The translations under genes and the position numbers were made by a program. DNA of 64,000 nucleotides from Lentisphaerota bacterium. GTDB lineage: Bacteria; Verrucomicrobiota; Kiritimatiellia; RFP12; JAAYNR01. The stretch covers positions 2,715 through 66,714 of the forward strand of contig VGWG01000004.1 in assembly GCA_016873675.1 (NCBI GenBank). Reading direction: 5' to 3'. The notes below the pieces were generated by a model. It had not been told where the DNA came from. It was given only the letters and a program-made list of their open reading frames with translations, and did no database searches. Each line of letters starts with the position of its first letter. The stretch's first letter is position 1. Shown here one piece after another: positions 27,303-35,764 of the stretch.

Positions 27303-28778
27303 TCAAATGACCAGTGGCACCTTCTCCCATTTGCGAAGCCATCGGGGGAATATCTGAGGGTCGCCGGGGACGGCAAGCAGTGCGTGCCAGTAGCGGTGGT
27401 TGGACGAGACTTCAAAGAAGCGAATCTCGGCTGGAACGCGTTCCCCCGAGAGGCGCGTGGCCAGCCTGCGGCGCAGTTCATCGGCGCTCCCCCCCTGCAT
27501 GATGCGGCCCTGCAGGAACCAGCGGTCGGCCGTCACGCGCGCCGCGCGCCACGGCCAATCGGTTGAGGCGTCATCCACATGCGCCCCCCGCCAAATGTCG
27601 TAGATGCGCTCATCAACCTTGATGGCCGCGCCGACCCGCTGGGCGTCACTGGCGGCGGACAGGACCGGGAGCCTGCGGCCGCCAAAGCGCAGGGCGGTCC
27701 GCTCGGCCTCGCGCAGCACCCGCGGCACGGGGATATCGAGCAGGGCGCCGAGACGGGAGAAGAGGTGGCTGCAGGCGTCCGCATCCAGCAGGCAGGCCGA
27801 GGGTGTGAGCGACGAAAGCGTCCGTTCGGCGCTGGTGGTCCAGCGATTCGGCCGGAGGACGATGCCGGTGACGTTCATTTTTGAGAAAATCGCACGCGCG
27901 CTGTCGGTTGCCTGTGGCGTGAGGGTGTTCTCCTCGGCGGTCTGGCAGTCGAACACATAGAGGTGGCCGTTGCGGCAGACGGCCACATCGAGGCGGAGGG
28001 GCTCTTCACGGAGCGACGTCCAGGCGATCTGGACGTTGAGGCGGACGTGGGGGACGCCCATGGCGTGGAGGGTGGTGGCGAGGAAGTCGCGCAGGTCATA
28101 ATCATAGTCACGGCACGGCGCGCCGGTGCCGGCGGCAACCATTTCGCGCCAGTTCCAGTTGGTCGGGACGCCCGCAGCGACCATGCGCGCCACCTCATCG
28201 ACGGTGAGGGCGAGGGGTGCCCGGCTCTCGCGCCAGCGAATTTCGGCGACGCCGTTGCAGAACGGCTCCAGCAGGTCGGTGAGCAGGCCGCCATCGAGGA
28301 CATTTGCGGGGGGAGGCTCGATGCCCATGGCGACGGCTTGGCCCGAGGCGGGATCTCGGACAAGCTGGGCCCACGAGCCATCGCGCTCGCGGGAGATGAG
28401 CGTCACGGCGGGTTCGGCGAGCACGGCGAAGGCCATAGCCACACGCACGGGGAGTGTCGCGGCGGTGGCGTCGATGACCCACGCCTTCAGCTCGGGATGA
28501 AACGTCTTCCAATCGGCGAACCGACGGGCGAAGGCGTCGGCCGTGTTGGCGGATGACTCACCGGGGACGATCACCTTCAGGCGGGGCCACCGCTTGGACG
28601 CGACGCGGCGGAGGGTGTCGGCCGCCTCTTTTGACCCGGCGATGTCGTCTGTGGCGAAGAGACAGGCGACGCCCTCGGGGCGCACGGATGCGTACCATCC
28701 GAGGCTGCGCAGATGGCTCCAGGCGTCGGGGCCTGCAAAGATGATGAAGCCCGTGGCGGGGGTCAGGGGTGGCGGCAT
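27303..28778 (-). CDS. Card1/DUF1887-like protein: CARF-like Rossmann N-domain, PD-(D/E)xK-fold middle domain, unknown C-terminal domain
   Basis: ATG at 28778 with GGAAGGAG 6 nt upstream. N-terminal GFIIFAGPD ... VIDATAATLPVRV resembles the DUF1887 I/NxTGGTKPM loop. LRLDVAVCRNGHLYVFDCQT resembles the nuclease core ExD...ExK, but reads D...DxQ. Assignment by eye only. Confidence 0.45.
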   Translation of the reverse strand: MPPPLTPATGFIIFAGPDAWSHLRSLGWYASVRPEGVACLFATDDIAGSKEAADTLRRVASKRWPRLKVIVPGESSANTADAFARRFADWKTFHPELKAWVIDATAATLPVRVAMAFAVLAEPAVTLISRERDGSWAQLVRDPASGQAVAMGIEPPPANVLDGGLLTDLLEPFCNGVAEIRWRESRAPLALTVDEVARMVAAGVPTNWNWREMVAAGTGAPCRDYDYDLRDFLATTLHAMGVPHVRLNVQIAWTSLREEPLRLDVAVCRNGHLYVFDCQTAEENTLTPQATDSARAIFSKMNVTGIVLRPNRWTTSAERTLSSLTPSACLLDADACSHLFSRLGALLDIPVPRVLREAERTALRFGGRRLPVLSAASDAQRVGAAIKVDERIYDIWRGAHVDDASTDWPWRAARVTADRWFLQGRIMQGGSADELRRRLATRLSGERVPAEIRFFEVSSNHRYWHALLAVPGDPQIFPRWLRKWEKVPLVI

Positions 28779-28825
28779 GTGGCGCTCCTTCCGGTTGGGC
28801 TCTGGCAGATGACGGGAGACGGGGA

Positions 28826-29080
28826 TCACAGCCGCGCGTTGACAAAATCACGCAGCGCAGCGACAGACGAAAAATTCGCGAGGTTGAAGTCACCGTCCTC
28901 GATCTGGATGCCAAACGCTTCTTCGAGGCCGACGACGAGTTCGAGGAGACTGACCGAATCCACGCCATAGGCATCGGTTAGCGAGGCATCGGAATGGATC
29001 GCTTCGGGCTGGACCTGCAGAAACAGCCGTTCAACGATCATCGCTTTGAGTTTGGCTTCAACATCCGTGCTGTCCATCAT
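28826..29080 (-). CDS. Acyl carrier protein (orphan)
   Basis: Phosphopantetheine attachment motif YGVDSVSLLELV. 84 aa from ATG 29080 (GGGGAG upstream); an alternative ATG is at 29101. Confidence 0.75.
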   Translation of the reverse strand: MMDSTDVEAKLKAMIVERLFLQVQPEAIHSDASLTDAYGVDSVSLLELVVGLEEAFGIQIEDGDFNLANFSSVAALRDFVNARL

Positions 29081-29207
29081 ACGTTGTCGCTCCCCGTGCA
29101 TGGCAAGTCTGATTTTATCGAATCGGCCTTCATCTTACCTGAAAGCGTCGGTCTTTCCAATCCGAAATCCGCTTGACCCTGAAATCCGCATTCGGTTAAG
29201 CTGCGAC

Positions 29208-31811
29208 ATGTTGATCTATTCTTGTGTGGGTCGGATCGTCGTGCTGTCGGCGGTAATGTTTGCGCCTCTCACGCCGACCTCCAGCCACGCCAGTCCCCAG
29301 TCAGCCGTCTTGCCGGCCGCATTCGCCATTACCGCAGAGCCTGCGTGGGTGGATTCTGTGCCTGCGGATTTCCAGGCCGTTCCGGACGCCCGCGAGGCGA
29401 TCAGCGATGGTGTCCAGCATCTCATTGTCGATAACCAGGTCTGTCTGGGTCCAACGAATGCGAGCTATTATCACTACGCCTTCCGGTTTCTGACCGAAGC
29501 AGGCGTCAGGGAGTGGTCGTCCATCCAGGTCGAATGCGATCCATCCTACCAGGCGGTGCAGTTTCACCGGTTGCGATTGTGGCGGGGTGCCGACGTCATC
29601 GACTGTCTGGACCGCAAAGCGTTTCGGGCCCTGCAGCGCGAGTCGAATCTCGAATGGAAGCTCTTGGACGGCCGGCTGACCCTGCTGGCGCTTCTGGAGG
29701 ATGTGCGCGTGGGCGACGTGCTGGAATACGCTTACACCCTGACGGGTGACAACCCGATCTTTGAGGGGCGCTACGGCGGCTCCTACCTGCTCGGCTGGAG
29801 CATGTCGGTGCTCCGCCACCGGTTGCGGGTGCTCGTGCCGGAGGGGCGGACGCTGTTCCGGCGCCTCTCAGGCGCGTCGGTGCCGGAACCGGTTGAGCGC
29901 CTGTCTGAGGGGCTTCGCGAATGGCAGTGGGATCAGACCAACACGGCGCCGATCCAAGTGGAGAGCGGTCTTCCCGTCTGGCACAAGCCGATGCCGGAGG
30001 TCGTGTTCAGCGAATACGCATCCTGGGCCGACGTGGCCCGGTGGGCCGCCGCCTACTACGCCACGACGGGCAGCCTGGAACACGCCATCGGCCCTCAAAT
30101 CAGCGACTGGCTTCAACGGCCCGCCGTAGCCGATCGCGCGGTGGCGGCGCTGGATTTTGTGCAGGAGGAAATCCGGTATTTCGGGCTCGAGCTCGGCGCC
30201 GGTTCGCATCGGCCGAATCCTCCCGAACTCGTCCTGCAGCGCCGTTTCGGAGACTGCAAGGACAAAGCGATTCTGCTGTGCACGATCCTCCGCGCCCTGG
30301 GCGTGGACGCGCAGCCGGCGCTGGTCAACGTGTTTGCATGCGGGCATACGGCGGATGAGCTGCCCTCGCCCTTCGCCTTTAATCATGTGATTGTCGTCGC
30401 TCGAATTGACGGCGCCACCGTCTGGATGGACCCGACCCGCGTGAGCCAGCGGGGGCGCCTGCAGGATCGCTATCTCCCGCCGTACGGAGTCGCTCTGGTC
30501 ATCGCCCCCGACACGACCGGACTGACGCCGGTGGAGCCCGGAAACGCGGGGAAAACACGGACCGAGATTCACGAATGCTTTGATCTGCGCAACGCGGATG
30601 CCCCCGCCAGCCTCACCGTGCGCTCGATCTTCCGCGGGCGCGATGCCGAGAACAGCCGCGCGGGTTTCTCAAACAACTCGCGGTCCGATCTGGAACGCCA
30701 CTACCTCAACTACTACGCGCAGCGGTATTCCGGCGTGCGAAGCGATGGCGCGGTGTGTGTGGAGGATGCCGCCGCATCCAATGTCCTGAGCATCTCCGAG
30801 CGCTACACCGTCAGCGCAATCTGGGTGCCCGACCAGACGCAGACCAATCGTCAGGTGGCCACCTTTAATGCGCAGGATCTGCAGCCCTACGTGGAGCAAC
30901 CGGCCACGGTCTTGCGCACCATGCCACTGGGGCTTCCGTATCCGGTGGATATCCGCCACACCATTGAAATCCTCCTGCCGAAAGACTTCAGTAGCGAACC
31001 CGAGCATAACGTGATCCGTGATCCGTATCTGCATTTTGAGTTCACCTCCGCGCACACCAATCGCGTGATCACGCTGACCTATCACCTGCGTACGCTGGCC
31101 GACGCCGTGCCGGTGACGGCGCTCGCCGAGCATCTGGCCCTGCGCCGGAAGATCAGCCGTTCGCTGGAGTACGCCCTGACGGACGGCCCGTCGGATTCGC
31201 CGACGGATGGCGGGTTTGTCCTCAACTGGCCGATGGTGGGTTTGGAGGCGCTCTGGTGCGCCCTGCTGACGCTGGCGGGGATTTGGGGCTATCGGTACCG
31301 CCCCGCGCCAGTCCCCCCGCCCATCACCCAGTGGGAGACGTCGGCCAGGGCTCCGCAGGGCATTGGCGGGTGGTTGATTCTGCCCTGCATCGGGCTGGTT
31401 GTCGGCGCGTTCACGATTCTGGCGGGCCTGGCGCAACTCAGCGTGTGTTTTGATGCGACCCTATGGCGGGCTTTGACAACGCCGGGAGAACCGACCTACC
31501 ACCCGCTGTGGCGGCCGACGCTCCTGTTTGAACTTCTGGGAAACAGCTTCCTCTTCGCTCTGCTCACGCTCGTGGCCATTCTGTTCATCCGTCGCCGCGC
31601 CAGTCTTCCCCGTTTCATGATTGCGCTCTACGCGGCTCAACTCGTCCTGATCGTGGTGGACAGCGCCTTGAGCCTGCAGATTCCAGATGTGATCGTGCAG
31701 TCTCAAGAGGCCGATACGGGAAAAGAGGTGATGCGCGCCATCATCGCCGCCTGCGTCTGGATTCCCTACTTCCTGAACTCCCGGCGCGTGCGCAACACGT
31801 TCCGTAACTGA
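29208..31811 (+). CDS. DUF3857-like plus transglutaminase-like cysteine protease domain protein with C-terminal multi-TM region
   Basis: Cys-His-Asp triad context RFGDCKDKAILL, FNHVIVVARI, WMDPT. The C-terminal ~180 aa has about 4 hydrophobic helices. Confidence 0.7.
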   Translation: MLIYSCVGRIVVLSAVMFAPLTPTSSHASPQSAVLPAAFAITAEPAWVDSVPADFQAVPDAREAISDGVQHLIVDNQVCLGPTNASYYHYAFRFLTEAGVREWSSIQVECDPSYQAVQFHRLRLWRGADVIDCLDRKAFRALQRESNLEWKLLDGRLTLLALLEDVRVGDVLEYAYTLTGDNPIFEGRYGGSYLLGWSMSVLRHRLRVLVPEGRTLFRRLSGASVPEPVERLSEGLREWQWDQTNTAPIQVESGLPVWHKPMPEVVFSEYASWADVARWAAAYYATTGSLEHAIGPQISDWLQRPAVADRAVAALDFVQEEIRYFGLELGAGSHRPNPPELVLQRRFGDCKDKAILLCTILRALGVDAQPALVNVFACGHTADELPSPFAFNHVIVVARIDGATVWMDPTRVSQRGRLQDRYLPPYGVALVIAPDTTGLTPVEPGNAGKTRTEIHECFDLRNADAPASLTVRSIFRGRDAENSRAGFSNNSRSDLERHYLNYYAQRYSGVRSDGAVCVEDAAASNVLSISERYTVSAIWVPDQTQTNRQVATFNAQDLQPYVEQPATVLRTMPLGLPYPVDIRHTIEILLPKDFSSEPEHNVIRDPYLHFEFTSAHTNRVITLTYHLRTLADAVPVTALAEHLALRRKISRSLEYALTDGPSDSPTDGGFVLNWPMVGLEALWCALLTLAGIWGYRYRPAPVPPPITQWETSARAPQGIGGWLILPCIGLVVGAFTILAGLAQLSVCFDATLWRALTTPGEPTYHPLWRPTLLFELLGNSFLFALLTLVAILFIRRRASLPRFMIALYAAQLVLIVVDSALSLQIPDVIVQSQEADTGKEVMRAIIAACVWIPYFLNSRRVRNTFRN

Positions 31812-31869
31812 CCCACTGCTGGACGGTCCTGGAGACGGGGACACACCGCCGGGACCCGACGAGCCGATC

Positions 31870-32442
31870 ATGACGATACCTGAACAGCCGGTTCCGCTAT
31901 CCCGCATTTACCGCAGCTTTGCGTGGGTCGGAGCGGTGTTGTTTGGCGGCGGCTACGCCATGCTGCCGCTGCTGGAACGCGAGGTCGTCGAGCGCAGGCG
32001 GTGGTGTACGCTCGCGGAGATGAGCGAGCTCTACGCGTTGGCGCAGGTCATTCCCGGAATCATCGCCGTCAACACGGCCCTGCTGGTGGGGCATCGCTAT
32101 CGCGGCGCGACGGGCGCGGCGGTGGCGGCGCTGGGGATAATCAGTGCGCCGGTCCTGGTGATTCTAGCCGTGGCGTCGGCGTTTGCGTGGGTGTCTGAAT
32201 GGCCGCTCCTGGCGCGGCTATTTGCCGGGCTCCGGCCGGCGGTGGCGGGTCTGCTGCTGGCCACGGCGCTGAGGATGATCGGACGCGGTGAACGCTGGGA
32301 ACGGGGCGTGGCTGCGGGGGCGAGTCTCCTGCTGCTGACGCGGGCGTCGAGCCCGCTCGGAATGATCCTCGGCACGATCGCCGCCGGGCTGCTGTGGCAT
32401 GCTTGGACCGTGGCGCAGGCGAGGAAAGGGACGGCGCGATGA
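31870..32442 (+). CDS. chrA: Chromate transporter family protein (short-chain CHR, first half)
   Basis: FAWVGAVLFGGGYAMLPLLEREVV is a CHR-family signature. 190 aa. Confidence 0.8.
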   Translation: MTIPEQPVPLSRIYRSFAWVGAVLFGGGYAMLPLLEREVVERRRWCTLAEMSELYALAQVIPGIIAVNTALLVGHRYRGATGAAVAALGIISAPVLVILAVASAFAWVSEWPLLARLFAGLRPAVAGLLLATALRMIGRGERWERGVAAGASLLLLTRASSPLGMILGTIAAGLLWHAWTVAQARKGTAR

Positions 32443-33005
32443 GTGTCCTTTTCCAACTGATGGCGGTGTTTTTCAAGATCGGGTTCTTCACCATCGGGGG
32501 CGGTCTGGCCATGCTGCCGTTGATCCGGAGTGAGATGCTGGCGCACGGGTGGATGTCGGAAACAGAATTCCTCGACATTCTGGCCGTGTCGGAGATCACC
32601 CCCGGTCCGATGGCGATCAACACCGCGACGTTTGTCGGATTCCGCGTCGGTGGTGTTGCCGGGGCACTTGTGGCGACGCTGGCCCTCGTGTTGCCGGCAC
32701 TGCTGATGGTGTGCCTGCTGGGGGCGGTGTGGCGGCGGACCCGTAACGCTCCCGCCAGCGTCCGCGTGCTGGCGCTGCTGCGTCCGGTGGTTGCCGGCCT
32801 TGTGCTGGCCGCCGCGCTGGGGCTTGTCGCCGCCTGCGTCCTGCCCGTGAGGATCGGAGCGGGGGGCTTTGACACACGCACGGTGGAGTGGCGCGCACTG
32901 GTGGTGTTTGCCGGTGTGGGGGGTGCGACGTGGCACTACCGGATCAATCCGCTTCTCGGCATGGCTGGCGGCGCGCTCGCCGGATTCGTGCTGTATAGCC
33001 TCTGA
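32439..33005 (+). CDS. chrA: Chromate transporter family protein (short-chain CHR, second half)
   Basis: ATG at 32439 overlaps the upstream stop (ATGA). FFKIGFFTIGGGLAMLPLIRSEML. Confidence 0.8.
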   Translation: MSVLFQLMAVFFKIGFFTIGGGLAMLPLIRSEMLAHGWMSETEFLDILAVSEITPGPMAINTATFVGFRVGGVAGALVATLALVLPALLMVCLLGAVWRRTRNAPASVRVLALLRPVVAGLVLAAALGLVAACVLPVRIGAGGFDTRTVEWRALVVFAGVGGATWHYRINPLLGMAGGALAGFVLYSL

Positions 33006-33096
33006 CTGCGCTTGACAGAGCCGACTGGAAACGACATCATTCTGCGCATGTCTTGACTGCGTGGGGACCCTGAACAGGCGTGGTATAAGGGAGTGA

Positions 33097-35739
33097 ATGA
33101 GCGTAAGCACGCGATGGAAACCGGCGACAGTCGGATGCCGCCTCTGGCTGGCGCTTGTCTCGTGTCTGGCTGTTCTAACGGGAGAATTCACGATGGGCTG
33201 TCGCACGGCGGAAGGGGCATCGGACCGCACAAGCGAGCCTGCGTGGCCGGTGTTTGCCGTTCCGCGTATGAATGCCATTCTCCTGAATGGTGACGCGACG
33301 GACTGGCGAGAAGACGGTTTCCGCGTGGACGCGCTGATTCCGGTAGCGGGGCCGATGCCCGCGCAACAGGTGTGCGCGGCTAGCATGCGGCTGGGCTGGA
33401 ACGACGCCGGGCTGCTGGTGTTGCTAGACGTTTCGGGGAGTGACTGGAACGAGGCTGAGGCGATCACGGAACTCTTCAAGCGTGACTCCGTGGAGTTTTA
33501 TCTCGCGCTGCACCCGGGCTCGACCACGCGCTGTCAGTGGGTGGTCGCTCCCGGCATGGACCCCCTCTTTCCCGATCCCCGCGTGCACCTTCAGATGTCT
33601 GCCACATCCCTCACGCGGATACCGCCGGCGGTCTCGCCGGACGTGGCGCGCATGCGGACCGAATCCGGATACCGGATGGAAGTGCTCCTGCCGTGGCAGA
33701 CGCTGGGCATCACGCCCAGGATCGGCGACGAGGTGGCCTTCCAAGTGATGGTTAACAGCCATGATCGCAAGGGCCGTCCGGCAGACCATCTGCTCTGGTT
33801 CCCCATGATCGGTGCAGCGTTTGACAGTCGTAAGCTGCACCGGATCCGGCTGGCCGACACGGCAGCGCCGCCGGTCACGGCGCGTGCCCGCGTCCGAGCC
33901 AACCTCCGCGAGGATCAAACGGAAGGGGACGTCTTTGCACCGGCGGCGGCAGCGGGACGCGCGGTCCGCTTGCGGTCGCATGACGGGATTCTGGCGACCG
34001 GCGTGTTGGGCGCGGCCACCAACGGGTATGCCAGCACGACCCTGATCGGTCCCGGCACGGACGGGCCGCTGGTGTGGCTGGATGTGGACGGTGAGCTAGC
34101 GGATCTCATCCCGTTGGGCTTGCCGCGTGCGGAGATGGCGATTGAGACGCGTGTGCGCCTGGAACCGTCCGCATCGGGTTTGACGGTCGTCCTGTCCCTG
34201 CCGGACGCGCCGCCGCCGGGGTATCGCATCGCGCGTCGGCAGCCCGGTGAAGCGTGGCAGGTTGTGGCGGAGAGGGTCTCCGCTGGCGAATTCCGCGACA
34301 CCGCCGTGAGACAGGAGACGCGTTACGAGTATGCCGTCACCGAGGCCGTCGTCGGGGCCCGTTCGGATTACTTCTGGGTCGGCAGCGCGCTGCCCCTGCG
34401 CGACACGCGCGGCTCCCTGCTGCTGCTGGTCGAACGCGCGCAGGCCGACGCGCTGGCACCGGAGATCCGCCGGCTGACGCTCGACCTGGTCGGCGACGGA
34501 TGGCACGTCATTCGGCATGACGTGTCCGCCACGCAATCGCCGTCAGAGATCCGCCAGTTGATCCGCTCCGAATACGACCGCGCGTCAGCAGACGTGAACA
34601 CGGTGCTGCTCATGGGTCACGTCCCCGTGCCCTACTCAGGAAACGTCTCTCCCGACGGTCATGGGGACCACGCCGGAGCGTGGCCAGCGGATGTCTACTA
34701 CGGCGCGCTGGAGGGGACGTGGACCGACGAGACCGTGACGAACACGGGCAAGGGCCGACAGCGCAACGTGCCCGGCGATGGCACGGTCGATCAGAATCAA
34801 ATTCCCGGACCGGTTCAACTGGCCGTGGGGCGCGTGGATTTTGCCAACATGCCCGCGTTCCGTATCGGCGAGACCAACCTGCTTCGCCGGTATCTGGATC
34901 GCGATCATGCGTATCGGCACGCGCAAATCCCCGTTGCAGACCGCGGCCTGATTCATGACGGCTTTTTCGGGCACTTGGAGCGCTTCGCTTACAGCGGGTG
35001 GCAGAACTTCACAACCCTGCTTCCGCCGGAGAACGTGCGAACGGTCACTTGGCCCAATGTCCAACCCGGCATGAGTCTGTTCTTTTCGGGTTGCGGCCCG
35101 GGCGCGCATAAATCGATGAAAGGGTTTGGCGATACAGCTGCCCTGGTCAAAACACCGGTTGAGGCGGTCTTTTCCCTGATGTTCGGCAGCTACTTTGGGG
35201 ATTGGAACACGACCGATAATCTCATGCGGGCGGTCCTTGCCCACGAGCGTGGGGCGTTGACGTGCGGGTGGGCCGGCCGACCGCACTGGTACCTGCATGC
35301 CATGGGCCTGGGTGAAACCATTGGCGATGCGCTGCGACGGACGCAGAATAATGACGGCCGTGATTACCAGCCGACAGGCGCTTTCGCGCGGGGTATTCAC
35401 GTGGCCCTACTTGGCGATCCCACGCTGCGCCTGCATCCCGTGCCGCCGCCAGCGGGGCTGCGTGTGCAATCGGCCGGGCGGGGCGTGCGGTTGGACTGGC
35501 AGGCTTCGCCGCAGCAGGTGAATGGCTATCACGTCTACCGGGCACACACCGAGTTCGGTCCCTACGAACGCATCACGAAAGAGCTGATCAAAGGGGTGAC
35601 CGCAGCCGATCCAGACGGGACGACGAAACACTACTACCAGGTTCGAGCCGTTGTGTTGCAGGAATCCACCACCGGAAGCTACTTCAACTCGAGTCAGGGC
35701 ATTTTCACCGGGCCGTCAGGTGTGGACAGTGGAAAATAG
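33097..35739 (+). CDS. Secreted multidomain protein (CBM9/DOMON-like sugar-binding N-domain, Fn3-like modules, large C-terminal domain of unknown function)
   Basis: Signal-like N-terminus. LRLGWNDAGLLVLLDV ... DSVEFYLAL resembles CBM9-like modules. C-terminal Fn3-like segment (VRLDWQASPQQVNGYHVYRA). The functional call is weak. Confidence 0.45.
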   Translation: MSVSTRWKPATVGCRLWLALVSCLAVLTGEFTMGCRTAEGASDRTSEPAWPVFAVPRMNAILLNGDATDWREDGFRVDALIPVAGPMPAQQVCAASMRLGWNDAGLLVLLDVSGSDWNEAEAITELFKRDSVEFYLALHPGSTTRCQWVVAPGMDPLFPDPRVHLQMSATSLTRIPPAVSPDVARMRTESGYRMEVLLPWQTLGITPRIGDEVAFQVMVNSHDRKGRPADHLLWFPMIGAAFDSRKLHRIRLADTAAPPVTARARVRANLREDQTEGDVFAPAAAAGRAVRLRSHDGILATGVLGAATNGYASTTLIGPGTDGPLVWLDVDGELADLIPLGLPRAEMAIETRVRLEPSASGLTVVLSLPDAPPPGYRIARRQPGEAWQVVAERVSAGEFRDTAVRQETRYEYAVTEAVVGARSDYFWVGSALPLRDTRGSLLLLVERAQADALAPEIRRLTLDLVGDGWHVIRHDVSATQSPSEIRQLIRSEYDRASADVNTVLLMGHVPVPYSGNVSPDGHGDHAGAWPADVYYGALEGTWTDETVTNTGKGRQRNVPGDGTVDQNQIPGPVQLAVGRVDFANMPAFRIGETNLLRRYLDRDHAYRHAQIPVADRGLIHDGFFGHLERFAYSGWQNFTTLLPPENVRTVTWPNVQPGMSLFFSGCGPGAHKSMKGFGDTAALVKTPVEAVFSLMFGSYFGDWNTTDNLMRAVLAHERGALTCGWAGRPHWYLHAMGLGETIGDALRRTQNNDGRDYQPTGAFARGIHVALLGDPTLRLHPVPPPAGLRVQSAGRGVRLDWQASPQQVNGYHVYRAHTEFGPYERITKELIKGVTAADPDGTTKHYYQVRAVVLQESTTGSYFNSSQGIFTGPSGVDSGK

Positions 35740-35764
35740 ATGAGTCATTAAGGAAGGACATCTG

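Noticed and set aside
33006-33096. TTGACA and TTGACT hexamers and TGGTATAAG upstream of the secreted-protein gene, as a possible promoter.
   Set aside because: The spacings to any -10 (more than 22 nt) are non-canonical. The TATAAG lies only about 7 nt before the ATG, overlapping the putative RBS, so it is too ambiguous to report.
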